A stretch of 64,000 nt of DNA, taken from IMG/VR virus record IMGVR_UViG_2974592485_000001, positions 32,001-96,000 of that record. The stretch is one strand, 5' to 3'. Below the pieces are notes generated by a model that worked only from the letters and a program-made list of their open reading frames with translations, searched no databases and was not told the origin of the DNA. Below, in pieces: positions 24,864 to 34,488 of this stretch. Both the position numbers and the translations under genes were made by a program. Within the stretch, counting starts at the first letter, position 1; each line of letters opens with the position of its first letter. Source of the DNA: a virus. Lineage: Duplodnaviria > Caudoviricetes.

Positions 24864-24865
24864 AT

Positions 24866-24894
24866 TTGCTAAATAGGTGTAATTTTGGTATAAT
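24866..24894 (+). promoter_or_regulatory. T5-type sigma70 promoter
   Basis: TTGCTA-17-TATAAT. Confidence 0.85.
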
Positions 24895-24925
24895 AGCTTT
24901 ATTAAATTAATAAAGGAGATTTACC

Positions 24926-25291
24926 ATGACCTTACCTAAATATTTGGTTGTACATAGTTCAGGATACTCTCTAGGGGTTGCTGAGTATAATGATGCTTTA
25001 TTTGCCATTCTGGGCTGCCGTGATATTTATGCCAATCACAGCTATCCTAGTGTGGTGGCTGACTTTTTTGAAAATACTAGCAGTGAGTACTATGTTTGGA
25101 GTATGGATGGCTTTCTAGGGTGGGAAGATAAAGAAGTTACTGATACTCTAGAGCAGCAGCTTAAGTACATCGAAGAAAACTTCAAAGTATTTATACTCTG
25201 GACAGATGAAGAGGGTCATAACGGTGAGTATGAGAACATTACCAAGATGTTCTATAAATCTGCTAGGGAGCTGGTAACTGAATGTCTATAA
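24926..25291 (+). CDS. hypothetical protein (121 aa)
   Basis: AAGGAG RBS. Confidence 0.8.
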   Translation: MTLPKYLVVHSSGYSLGVAEYNDALFAILGCRDIYANHSYPSVVADFFENTSSEYYVWSMDGFLGWEDKEVTDTLEQQLKYIEENFKVFILWTDEEGHNGEYENITKMFYKSARELVTECL

Positions 25292-25452
25292 AACGAGATA
25301 TTGAAGTACTAGAGGATCAACTTCAGTTTGGTAGAAAGCTAACCATACCAGAAACCTTTATGGTAATAGAGTTTTCAGATAAGCCCCATCTACGGGTTCA
25401 AGCTTTTGAACAGTATCGAGAAGGGAGGGTTAAGAGATGCCAAGACGAGTGA
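25282..25452 (+). CDS. small hypothetical protein (56 aa, MSIKRDIEV...)
   Basis: Hand-translated ORF bridging its neighbours. Confidence 0.55.
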   Translation: MSIKRDIEVLEDQLQFGRKLTIPETFMVIEFSDKPHLRVQAFEQYREGRVKRCQDE

Positions 25453-26237
25453 TATTTATCAGTGGAGCCGGTATTAGTGTGGAGAGTGGGATTAGAGCCT
25501 TCCGTGTAGATACTGATAGTGGACAAGCTATGTGGGACGAGTATTCACTAGATGAAGTCTGTGAGATTCAGGCATTTGAGAGAGGGTACTGGAACTATCA
25601 GGGGGAAAGCGATCCTGCAGGGTATGATAAAGATGGTGTGGATTTGTATACTAAAACACACCAGTTCTACGATAAGCGTCGCCAAGAACTAGAAACTGTG
25701 GAGCCTAATTTAGCACACATGCGTATTGCTGAGTGGGCCTTTCACTACCCAGGTCAGGTACTTAACATAACCACTAACGTTGATGATTTATTTGAACGTG
25801 CGGGTATAGACAGATCTGACATTGTTCACGTTCATGGCTATCTTCCGGAGGTTAAGACCGATCGTTCGGGCACCCTATTAGATGTGGGGTACAGTCCTTC
25901 CAACTTTGAGCAGTACGACTATTGCAAACCTAACGTTGTGTTCTTTGGGGAAGTTAGTGGGTACTATAAGGATATGTATAATATTCTGGATACCTTAACG
26001 GCTCAGGATATGGTTGTAGTTGTAGGTTGTAGTAACCAAGTTATTAACTTCAATTGGGAGATATTTCCTGCAATGAATTGGGGGGTTAAAATGGCTGTGG
26101 TTAACCCTAGAATTAACTACCTAGAAGAGCAGGAGTATGCTCAACGGGGTGTTGTAGTGTATAGGGCAGGGGCTGTAGAGACCTTTAGTAATATTAACTT
26201 TATCAGTATGATTGAGAGGCATCTAAATGGTGCTTGA
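25437..26237 (+). CDS. Sir2-family NAD-dependent deacylase
   Basis: SGAGISVESGI, TTNVDDL, HVHG, KPNVVFFGE, VVGCS. Confidence 0.93.
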   Translation: MPRRVIFISGAGISVESGIRAFRVDTDSGQAMWDEYSLDEVCEIQAFERGYWNYQGESDPAGYDKDGVDLYTKTHQFYDKRRQELETVEPNLAHMRIAEWAFHYPGQVLNITTNVDDLFERAGIDRSDIVHVHGYLPEVKTDRSGTLLDVGYSPSNFEQYDYCKPNVVFFGEVSGYYKDMYNILDTLTAQDMVVVVGCSNQVINFNWEIFPAMNWGVKMAVVNPRINYLEEQEYAQRGVVVYRAGAVETFSNINFISMIERHLNGA

Positions 26238-26394
26238 TTTATCGCAGATTATACAGGACGCTACAGCAGCAATTATCTACTGCTTGATCCTAGTGTTTGT
26301 ACTACTACCTCTCATGCTGGTGGGCAGTATTTTACTACTATGTTTCGGATCGAAAGTTAAACTTAGTGAACGGCGTAATATCCCTGGACATTGA
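26227..26394 (+). CDS. small membrane protein (55 aa)
   Basis: Hand-translated ORF with a long hydrophobic run; GAGG upstream. Confidence 0.55.
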   Translation: MVLDLSQIIQDATAAIIYCLILVFVLLPLMLVGSILLLCFGSKVKLSERRNIPGH

Positions 26395-26456
26395 TGCACT
26401 CAACTCAATATCCTATTAAATAGGTCACTACAAAACGTTAAATTATAGGAGAATGT

Positions 26457-26708
26457 ATGTTAAAGCGAATTGGTAAAGGTTTAGGTTCAATTGGATTGGG
26501 TATCTTCTTAGCCCTAATTATGGTAGGTGCAGGTTTGTGTAAGGGTATTCAACATATTTTTGTAGGAGATAAGCCCAGTAAAAAAGATTTTGGCAATTTT
26601 GCAGGGGTAACTATCCATACTACTAAAGATAGTGTAGGCAGTTGGTTCGTTCAAGTTGAGAAGGACGGTGAAAACGTCTACGAGGAAGAGGTTGCTACTA
26701 ATGCCTAA
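26457..26708 (+). CDS. small membrane-anchored protein
   Basis: AGGAG RBS; N-terminal TM. Confidence 0.75.
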   Translation: MLKRIGKGLGSIGLGIFLALIMVGAGLCKGIQHIFVGDKPSKKDFGNFAGVTIHTTKDSVGSWFVQVEKDGENVYEEEVATNA

Positions 26709-27099
26709 AATCTATAATGTGTGTTGGGATGCTGTCTACCCTTACCTAGTAGATGAAATGCTAGGAGTATTCGAATCAGTATTAGGCATGGCTAATCCTA
26801 GAGTCGTCCTTAACTCTTTTGGTGTTAGTGTAGGGATATCCCATGATCGAGATGGTTCTCACATATTTTCAGAGGTTATTGACTGGAATGCTCTATCAAA
26901 GATGGGGCTTATTGTTTATCTGAATAATAAGATTTTTCACCCGCAAGGGTTGGCTCTTGCTAGAGACCCTGAACTAGGCACTAGCCCTTACTTTCAGAAG
27001 GTAGACAATGATGTATGGGAGTATGATGACTATGCACTTGAAGAGGCAGAAGTTAAGCTTAAGCAGGCAGGCTTATTTCTCCCGCTAAATAGAAACTAA
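26701..27099 (+). CDS. hypothetical protein
   Basis: Start moved to MPKIY (GAGG RBS). Confidence 0.75.
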   Translation: MPKIYNVCWDAVYPYLVDEMLGVFESVLGMANPRVVLNSFGVSVGISHDRDGSHIFSEVIDWNALSKMGLIVYLNNKIFHPQGLALARDPELGTSPYFQKVDNDVWEYDDYALEEAEVKLKQAGLFLPLNRN

Positions 27100-27114
27100 G
27101 TGCCCAGACCCATA

Positions 27115-27142
27115 GACCAAGTCAAAATGACTTGGTCTTTTT
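27115..27142 (+). terminator. intrinsic terminator
   Basis: AGACCAAGTCA-AAA-TGACTTGGTCT followed by TTTT. Confidence 0.75.
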
Positions 27143-27183
27143 CGTGTTTAAAGACCCTCCCAGTCCGAATATAAAAATTTTAC

Positions 27184-27212
27184 TTGCAATTTATCTCCGG
27201 AGTTGTTATAAT
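27184..27212 (+). promoter_or_regulatory. T5-type sigma70 promoter
   Basis: TTGCAA-17-TATAAT. Confidence 0.85.
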
Positions 27213-27693
27213 ATTTGCATCAGTTGAGAGAACTTAGACAAGTTTTTTGATTTGTCTAATTTTTCTTTGCTAATAGGGATACGGAACAGTTCGGCTGCCC
27301 CATCGCCTTTTGATTATTATACAGTAGTATATTTAGTCGTAAACAGAGCATTAGTTATCTACACCCCGTAGGGACTGCGAAAAGGCCAGAGTCCGAAACA
27401 ATCTAGCAATTAAGGTGATTGTGACGTGGAGCGGGAGGGGCTAATAAACCCTGAGAAGTGTTACTGAGTATATTCTTCACTTAGTCTGCGGTTAAGTCCG
27501 ACAGTAAGTGGGTGCGGGTGGGCTTAGCGGCCTCCTTAACCCTGCACTTGAGTATATATCGGTCAGTGTAGGACGATGAGGGAGTTGCCACCCCAAACGA
27601 TGCTTGATGCGGCTATTTATATTCTGTATAATAATTCTTCTTTCCTAGGAAAGTTGGGTTAAAGGAATATTTGTTGTAACTAACTAGAAGGAA

Positions 27694-30516
27694 GTGCGAA
27701 TGTTCTCTATATTGGAAGGACATGATAGTTTCTCCAGAGACCCCTCAACAGGTTTATGGAAAAGTACTAAGACGGCTGAGTACTCCTTTGCTAAGGAGTT
27801 TAGTCTAGAGCACCCTAATGGTAGGCCTTCGGCTCTACCATTTAAATTTAATGTAGTTGACGAAGTATACCCAGAAACTTTGGGTGATGCATATCGTCTT
27901 CTGAAAAGGCTCACTACGAACCCCCATGTTGTCGCTGTTAGGGGTAAATGTGTTGTGCCTAAGAAAGCCCTCCGTAGACGTAAACCTAACTTTGATGTAT
28001 CTGTTCCTAGTAGAATTATAGCTATGGACGTTGACGGCATTACCTTAAAAGAGGATATTCCGTTTTGGGACATTAATAGGTTAGCTAAACACGTTATCAA
28101 GATGCTTAATAGTATTAGTGAGGATATGTTCCCACTTAATGCAGGGTTTGTAGCTCATGCATCGTCTTCTGCTGGTCTTAAGCCAGGTATTCGTATGCAC
28201 TTGATGCTAGAAAGTAATATACCTGTAACTCAAGGGCAGCTAAAATTTTTATTTACTACTATTAATGACTCTAGTAAATTAAAGTATGGTGGTGAAATCG
28301 CCGACCTAGCCTATTACTCTTCTGTGCAGGCACACTATTTTGCAGACCCAATCTTTAAAGATGGTATTGTCGATCCGTTTATAGCGGAGAATAAATCACG
28401 TCTAGTATTTGTTAGGGGTGCAACGGTCAACTTACCTACTAATCTGCCTGACTTTGAAACTACTCGTGGAGAGTTTAAGGAAGAGTTTCTTTCCCTGTTA
28501 GACCAAGTAACAGGTATTACGGGTGCTACTGAGAAAGTAGAAGCAACTATTTCTGAGTTAGAGGAAGCTGACGATGGTGTATATCTACGTATTATACCTA
28601 AGCTTTACCACAGAGCTTTGGAAGACGGGGTAGACTTTGCTTGGCTAGAACGTGAGATAACTCCGGCTCTAAGTGAATATATTGCTACCAAGGATAACTC
28701 CAGAACTATTGTTGATTACTTCAATAATGGTCGTAGACAGGCGCTCAAAGCATTTGTTAATAATGCTAAACGCGAGATTCCTGAAAGTAACTTGAAAGGT
28801 ATTCCACTTAAGAAGTTATCTGCGGACATAGAACCGCATAACAACTACTTGAAAATGACAAAAGTACCACCGGAAGGCACACTTACTTTTGTAAAGGCTA
28901 GTCTTGGTACAGGTAAGACAACAGCTGTGGTTAAATGGTTAGAGGCTGGAGTACTTCCCGGAAAGTTCCTAGCTATCACAAATACTAGGGCATTGGTATC
29001 TTCAAACGCTAAAAAGTTTATGGCAGGGCAGTATAACCAGTCAGTGGACATGCTCAACTTTAAGAGGGGGGCGGAACAACGAATGTCCTCCACTATTCAC
29101 TCTATACATAAATTTAAATCATTTGTTGGTGAGATAGATACTATATTTATAGATGAATGTGACGCCGTTATGAATGACTTATTATTCTCCCCCGTTGTAA
29201 AACAGCGGAGAGAGTGTATCTCAGTGCTGAGAGATATTTTAATTAGCGCAAAACGTGTTATTCTGTCTGATGGGGATATCAGCGGGGAGACTATCGAAGC
29301 ATATGGTAGTTTGATAGACTTTGATAAACCTATTAACTATTATGTGCATCACCGTAAGATGTTAACAGGAGTACACGCCTACGAGTTTCCAGACGAAAAT
29401 AGTATCTGGGTAGCGTTACAAACTAGTCTAGAGCTAGGGGAGAAGTGCATTCTAGTATCAGACTGTGGCCCTGACGAGCTAAATGAAAAGGGTATGTCCC
29501 TGCGTAACAGTACTGATTGTATAGTTAAAGAAATTCACTCTAATTCAACCTCCGATGTGGATATTAGACGTATACTGGACTACACTAGTGAAGAACTAGT
29601 TGCACAACAAATTGATGCCTTACTATGTAGCCCTTCGGTAACTAGCGGAGTTGACTTTAACTACTTTGATAGTGTATTTGTTATAACAAGAACATCCAAT
29701 CAGGCGCCAAACATGCGCTTTCAGGCAATTAGGCGCGACCGTGGAGCTAAAAATATCTATTACTTCATAGATAAGTCTACTAGTGGTTTCTCCGCAGGAT
29801 CTGATCAGTATAATATAGATGAGGGCTGGTTTGAGTTTTCCCAGCAGCTTTACGCGAAGCGTAGGGAGCTGGAGTCTAAGAATTACATTAGTACTCTTAG
29901 ATACTATCTATTAGATCAAGGAGCATCTATAAACATCTTCAGTGAAAGTTGGGGCAATATTGATAGTGCATCAGCAGAGTACACAGAAGAACGTGTTAAA
30001 GCAATATTCCATAGCACCCCGGAATACTCTATGCCTAGGCATGCAGATGCATATGAAGCTAAATTGCTACTGATGCAGTATTACCATCTAGAGAAATTAT
30101 CAGACATAACTGAAGAACTTGTGCTACAGTTTATAACCGAAAAACCAGACCAAAGGGCAGCGTTTCTGCATAAGTTGCAGGATATATTCTGGCCTTCCAT
30201 ACTAAAGTGTAACAACGTTACTTTGTATCCTTTCATAGAGGCACTGCGTAACCATAAGAAAGACTTTTTTATTAGGACTGGACAGAGTGCTAATCCTAAG
30301 TATGCTAGAATGTACTTGGGTATGATGGGAATTAAATCAGACTTTAACTTTGATCAGGTAATAGACTGGTATAGAACCTATTGCAAGATAGAAGGAATAC
30401 CTGTTCCAGTCCAATTTATGACCAAGGAAGAGGTAGCTATGCATGAGGAGACCAGAGCAGAATTAGGGGCTAGAAATGGATCAGAGATGGAAAGTGCCGA
30501 AGAAAAAGAAAGCTAA
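27694..30516 (+). CDS. obp: replication origin-binding protein / SF2 helicase
   Basis: ASLGTGKT, FIDECD, SPSVTSGVDF; N-terminal DVD and MH motifs; T5 synteny. Confidence 0.88.
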   Translation: MRMFSILEGHDSFSRDPSTGLWKSTKTAEYSFAKEFSLEHPNGRPSALPFKFNVVDEVYPETLGDAYRLLKRLTTNPHVVAVRGKCVVPKKALRRRKPNFDVSVPSRIIAMDVDGITLKEDIPFWDINRLAKHVIKMLNSISEDMFPLNAGFVAHASSSAGLKPGIRMHLMLESNIPVTQGQLKFLFTTINDSSKLKYGGEIADLAYYSSVQAHYFADPIFKDGIVDPFIAENKSRLVFVRGATVNLPTNLPDFETTRGEFKEEFLSLLDQVTGITGATEKVEATISELEEADDGVYLRIIPKLYHRALEDGVDFAWLEREITPALSEYIATKDNSRTIVDYFNNGRRQALKAFVNNAKREIPESNLKGIPLKKLSADIEPHNNYLKMTKVPPEGTLTFVKASLGTGKTTAVVKWLEAGVLPGKFLAITNTRALVSSNAKKFMAGQYNQSVDMLNFKRGAEQRMSSTIHSIHKFKSFVGEIDTIFIDECDAVMNDLLFSPVVKQRRECISVLRDILISAKRVILSDGDISGETIEAYGSLIDFDKPINYYVHHRKMLTGVHAYEFPDENSIWVALQTSLELGEKCILVSDCGPDELNEKGMSLRNSTDCIVKEIHSNSTSDVDIRRILDYTSEELVAQQIDALLCSPSVTSGVDFNYFDSVFVITRTSNQAPNMRFQAIRRDRGAKNIYYFIDKSTSGFSAGSDQYNIDEGWFEFSQQLYAKRRELESKNYISTLRYYLLDQGASINIFSESWGNIDSASAEYTEERVKAIFHSTPEYSMPRHADAYEAKLLLMQYYHLEKLSDITEELVLQFITEKPDQRAAFLHKLQDIFWPSILKCNNVTLYPFIEALRNHKKDFFIRTGQSANPKYARMYLGMMGIKSDFNFDQVIDWYRTYCKIEGIPVPVQFMTKEEVAMHEETRAELGARNGSEMESAEEKES

Positions 30517-30700
30517 AATAAAGCCTAGAGACTCTGTAGAAATGTGCAGAGTCCTCCCAACACGACTAGCTAATATTAAAGGCAGTGTGGACTGGTTGAG
30601 GAAATATCCTCGCACTAAGTTAGGGGAAAATATATCTCATGACCTTAATAATCTATATAAGCAGTTAGCTGAACTGGTAAAGGATTCGGAGATTAAATAG
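30476..30700 (+). CDS. hypothetical basic protein (74 aa)
   Basis: ORF overlapping the end of obp. Confidence 0.65.
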   Translation: MDQRWKVPKKKKAKIKPRDSVEMCRVLPTRLANIKGSVDWLRKYPRTKLGENISHDLNNLYKQLAELVKDSEIK

Positions 30701-30703
30701 TAT

Positions 30704-30732
30704 TTGCAAAGTAGCTGAGAATTTGATATAAT
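30704..30732 (+). promoter_or_regulatory. T5-type sigma70 promoter
   Basis: TTGCAA-17-TATAAT. Confidence 0.85.
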
Positions 30733-30761
30733 GTATTTATAAATTGAATAAGGAATTAATT

Positions 30762-31460
30762 ATGTCAACTCGCAGAAAGAAAAGCATAAACGATATCAGT
30801 GATGAGGTGTTCAAAGCTGTTATTGCCCACCTAGAAAATGGAGGTACTAAAAAGGCAGCTTGTGAAATGCTATCCGTATCTTCTAATGCAACTATGGAAA
30901 GAATGGTTGAGGAGTGGAAAGACCTTCAGATTCTAACCGCAGAAATGAAGAAGAAAAAGAGAGGAACCCCAATTGAGGGGGTAGAACTTGCAAACATGAT
31001 TGAATCCTATTTGCAGGGGGACTCTTTTGAGGAGATAGCTACTAGAAACTATCGCTCTACTGCTATGGTTAAAGCAGTTCTAGAACGCAATGGTGCACTA
31101 CTACGTGTTCAGGGGTCTGTAGACCCACTTAATCCTCCAATGATTCCTGACGAGGCTGTATCAGAATCTTTTGAAGTAGGGGAACACGTATGGGTAGCAG
31201 GATACCAATGTATTGGTGAAGTAATGAAAGTAATGGATAACCCTGTGGGGGCTTACAGGGTATACCTGTTGAGCGAAAGTACTCAACAATACGTTCACGT
31301 AATGTTCTATGAGCTGGCTTCTGTTAAGCATCTAGAAGAGCTGGGAGTTAATATCAAGTCCCTAGGGTACAAATGGTCTAAGGAAGACTCCTACACCCTA
31401 CTCAATGCTGCTGTAGCGTCAGCTCTTAAACGGGAAAAGGGAGACAAGAATGCACGTTGA
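30762..31460 (+). CDS. D2: T5 D2-like protein
   Basis: HTH-like GTKKAACEML; position after obp as in T5. Confidence 0.75.
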   Translation: MSTRRKKSINDISDEVFKAVIAHLENGGTKKAACEMLSVSSNATMERMVEEWKDLQILTAEMKKKKRGTPIEGVELANMIESYLQGDSFEEIATRNYRSTAMVKAVLERNGALLRVQGSVDPLNPPMIPDEAVSESFEVGEHVWVAGYQCIGEVMKVMDNPVGAYRVYLLSESTQQYVHVMFYELASVKHLEELGVNIKSLGYKWSKEDSYTLLNAAVASALKREKGDKNAR

Positions 31461-31638
31461 AGAAATAGACATTGGGGTTAGCTCACGGCTTTTTAGTTAC
31501 AGATGACTTACCTAATTGTTGCTATAAATTGGAGTTACTCTACTGGTTAGTAGATCCTACTGAACTAGGGCTACATTTAACTGCCCTAGGGTGGGGGCTA
31601 TACACGCAGATGACTGACTGCTTAGTGCAAAATTTTAG

Positions 31639-31667
31639 TTGCTAAGTCTACAAACACTTGATATAAT
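31639..31667 (+). promoter_or_regulatory. T5-type sigma70 promoter
   Basis: TTGCTA-17-TATAAT. Confidence 0.85.
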
Positions 31668-31703
31668 TATTGTATAAATTAATTACACAACCGAGGAAAT
31701 AAA

Positions 31704-32108
31704 ATGTCAACACCTACCCAATGGACCGATGAACTGTTCTCCACTCTGGCTTCTGAATACACGTCTAAAATCACTGCGTATCCAGAAGATGAACGAGCTG
31801 GTGTGAGCATGGAGATTGTTAGTGAAGTAGCAAAAGCAGCAGGCGTTACCCCAAACGGCTTTCGTATTAAGCTTACCAATGCGGGTCTTTATATTAAGAA
31901 GGGAGCAGCATCTAAAGAAACTGCGACCAAGTCTGAGGCTAAATCTGGTGGAGCTAGAACATCCAAAGCAGATGCCCACAACGCACTGCGCTCAGCATTT
32001 TCAGATGCTGGTTTAGAAGACGATTTTTTAGATGTTGAAATCGTGGATAAGTTAACCGGTAAAGCTGCACTGCACTTAGCAGAAGCTGTTCGTAAAATTA
32101 CTAAATAA
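31704..32108 (+). CDS. D3: T5 D3-like DNA-binding protein
   Basis: QWTDEL, TPNGFRIKLTNAGLYIKK, KLTGKAA; synteny. Confidence 0.78.
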   Translation: MSTPTQWTDELFSTLASEYTSKITAYPEDERAGVSMEIVSEVAKAAGVTPNGFRIKLTNAGLYIKKGAASKETATKSEAKSGGARTSKADAHNALRSAFSDAGLEDDFLDVEIVDKLTGKAALHLAEAVRKITK

Positions 32109-32117
32109 GGATAGTCT

Positions 32118-32420
32118 ATGACTAAATCAGAAATCGAATCCAAATGCAAAGAGTACGGTGAGTTCTATATTCAGTTTGAATATATCAAAAAGTCTTTTAA
32201 AGGACGAAAAACCACGTACATACAAGGTACCATGGAGTTCGATGAATCGCAGGATAAATACCTAGCAAAACGTTACGCTCAGGAAAATATCAAACCTGCT
32301 GATAAAGATCACATTTTAGTGTTTAGTCGTACAGGGAATGTGTTTCGATACATCCCAGTATCTAAAGTTCGTAGAGTAACTAGTCTACAATACGAACTGG
32401 ATAAAGCTAGACCAGTATAA
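32118..32420 (+). CDS. T5-like hypothetical protein (100 aa)
   Basis: RBS; synteny. Confidence 0.8.
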   Translation: MTKSEIESKCKEYGEFYIQFEYIKKSFKGRKTTYIQGTMEFDESQDKYLAKRYAQENIKPADKDHILVFSRTGNVFRYIPVSKVRRVTSLQYELDKARPV

Positions 32421-32716
32421 TGGAAGTTAACCAAGATTACTCTGGTCATGAAGATGACCAGAGTTTCGTTATATTTGAGAGAGAAGGAACAGAGATAAGA
32501 CTAACAGTATCTGAATTTAGAGATAACCTTTACCTAGGATTTAGATTGTGGTTACAAGATATTAATGGAGACTGGTTCCCCACTAAATCTGGCTTTTCTT
32601 TTCCATACTCAATAGAGACGACATCACGTATATTCAGAGCGTTCACCAAGATACTTAGTGAATCTGAAGTACTTCATGAAGTATCGGAACGAGCTAAAGA
32701 AAAGGCAGAAGAATGA
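32420..32716 (+). CDS. PC4/p15-like ssDNA-binding protein
   Basis: RLTVSEFR..YLGFR.W...GDWFPTKSGFS PC4-like signature. Confidence 0.8.
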   Translation: MEVNQDYSGHEDDQSFVIFEREGTEIRLTVSEFRDNLYLGFRLWLQDINGDWFPTKSGFSFPYSIETTSRIFRAFTKILSESEVLHEVSERAKEKAEE

Positions 32717-32737
32717 TACTCTTCTGCCTTTTTTATT
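32704..32737 (+). terminator. intrinsic terminator
   Basis: GGCAGAAGA/TCTTCTGCC followed by a T tract. Confidence 0.75.
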
Positions 32738-32764
32738 TCATAAAGTATTTCTTAAAGAAGAGAG

Positions 32765-33334
32765 ATGAGGATGACTAATTTTTATACTGGAATAGGCTCT
32801 CGAGAAACACCCATAAGCATAACAGACCATATGTCTGATATAGCAGTTGAGCTGTATCACTTGGGTTTCTGGCTTAGAAGTGGTAGAGCTAAAAGGGCAG
32901 ACTATGCATTCCAACGTGGTGCAGAGTATGCTGCTAAGGATACTAGAGTATATCGTCAAGAAATATATTTGCCGGACACTTCTTTTGAGAAACAGTTTGG
33001 TAATATAGGAGCTATATTGCCCAGTAAGTTTGACAACTATGAAGACGCGGAATACTTAGTATCGACAATCCATAAGGCCGGAGACAATTTAAGGGGTTTT
33101 GCTAGGAGAGCACACACTAGGAATATGTATCAAGTGTTAGGGCAGGACTTGAATACTCCCTCTAGATTCCTTATTTGTTATGCTAAACCGGAGGGTAAAA
33201 CTAGAGTATCTGGGGGCACTAATAGTGCTTGGGTCCTAGCCGGAAGAAATAACGTTCCTAGGTATAACTTATGGTATGATTCAGCTCTACAAGACGTGTA
33301 CTCATTAATAGAGGATTTAAAATGCAAGCCTTAA
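32765..33334 (+). CDS. SLOG/DprA-like protein
   Basis: YTGIGSRETP, LRSGxAxxAD, RNMYQVLG, GGTNSA. Confidence 0.75.
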   Translation: MRMTNFYTGIGSRETPISITDHMSDIAVELYHLGFWLRSGRAKRADYAFQRGAEYAAKDTRVYRQEIYLPDTSFEKQFGNIGAILPSKFDNYEDAEYLVSTIHKAGDNLRGFARRAHTRNMYQVLGQDLNTPSRFLICYAKPEGKTRVSGGTNSAWVLAGRNNVPRYNLWYDSALQDVYSLIEDLKCKP

Positions 33335-34299
33335 AAGATTTTATAAAACAATGCCAAGATGCGTATGATAGAGGTTCCCCGCTTCTAACTAACGAGGAGT
33401 ATGATGCCTTAACAAGGCGCAACCCTAGAGTGGAGGAGGAAATAGGTGTGGAAGGAGACCAGCCTCACATCTTCCGAATGTACTCTCTACAAAAAGTGTA
33501 TAAGTCTCGTGGAGAAGACCATGAACTTATTGACTCTCCTACGTCGGTAGAAACTGACAAACTGGATGGTTGTGCTATATCGCTTCTATACTTAGATGGT
33601 GTTTTAGTACAAGCGTTAACTAGAGGTAACGGCATTAAAGGGGAAGACGTAACTCTTAACGCTAAGATGTTGAATGTACCTCGAAAGATTGATATTCCAG
33701 GAATTCTACAAATCACAGGAGAAGTCTTAGTAACAAAAGAGCTAGACAATATGCGTAACTATTCCTCTGGAGCCATGAGACTTAGTAGCACAGACGAGTT
33801 TTTTGATCGTATTAAAGAGGCAGGGCTAGTATTTGCAGCATATGGAGTTCAGGGATCTACGGAGTCTGTAGGATTATTCCCTACTTATAGAGAAGATCTT
33901 AAATGGTTAGTTACCCAAGGTTTTCTTACCGTAGGAGATATTAATGACCATTTTGATTGGTTTCCTACGGATGGTAAAGTTTACCGTTTAGATTCTAATA
34001 CTGCTTTTGTATCCAAAGGGTGGACTAATAAGTTCCCTAGAGGGGCTATAGCATTAAAAGAAGATGCAGAAGGGGAGATTACTACCTTGCGCAAAGTTAC
34101 TTGGGATGTAGGTGCTTCAGGTAAAGTAACGCCAGTCGGACATTTTGATCCTGTAACTATTGACGGTGCTACAATAACTAAGGCTACCCTTAATAACCAA
34201 GAGTACATTAGCGGTCTGGATCTTGAGTTAAACTGCATGATAAAGGTAATACGTGCTGGCGGGGTTATACCCAGGATCATAGAACGTATTTACGACTAA
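33322..34299 (+). CDS. ligA: NAD-dependent DNA ligase, subunit A (adenylation and OB domains)
   Basis: KLDG, LTRGNG, TDGKV, KVTPV, ATLNN, RAGGVIP. Confidence 0.93.
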   Translation: MQALKDFIKQCQDAYDRGSPLLTNEEYDALTRRNPRVEEEIGVEGDQPHIFRMYSLQKVYKSRGEDHELIDSPTSVETDKLDGCAISLLYLDGVLVQALTRGNGIKGEDVTLNAKMLNVPRKIDIPGILQITGEVLVTKELDNMRNYSSGAMRLSSTDEFFDRIKEAGLVFAAYGVQGSTESVGLFPTYREDLKWLVTQGFLTVGDINDHFDWFPTDGKVYRLDSNTAFVSKGWTNKFPRGAIALKEDAEGEITTLRKVTWDVGASGKVTPVGHFDPVTIDGATITKATLNNQEYISGLDLELNCMIKVIRAGGVIPRIIERIYD

Positions 34300-34343
34300 A
34301 ATAGCGCTTAATCATACCTCCTTACCCAAATAATAAAACCTAA

Positions 34344-34372
34344 TTGACAACACGTCAATTTACATGTATACT
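34344..34372 (+). promoter_or_regulatory. sigma70 promoter with a palindrome over the -35
   Basis: TTGACA-17-TATACT; AATTGAC-AACAC-GTCAATT. Confidence 0.7.
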
Positions 34373-34429
34373 AGTTTCATTGATCGGGTAAGGAGCATCA
34401 ACTCACAGCATACTGGTAGAAAATTCTAC

Positions 34430-34458
34430 TTGCTATGTTAGTATATTCTTGATATACT
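34430..34458 (+). promoter_or_regulatory. T5-type sigma70 promoter
   Basis: TTGCTA-17-TATACT. Confidence 0.75.
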
Positions 34459-34488
34459 ATGTGTATAGTAATTAATAAGGAAAATCAA

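Noticed and set aside
25437-26237. Sir2 as an anti-phage defence NADase
   Set aside because: Motifs match CobB-type deacylases and the gene is a usual component of T5-like genomes.
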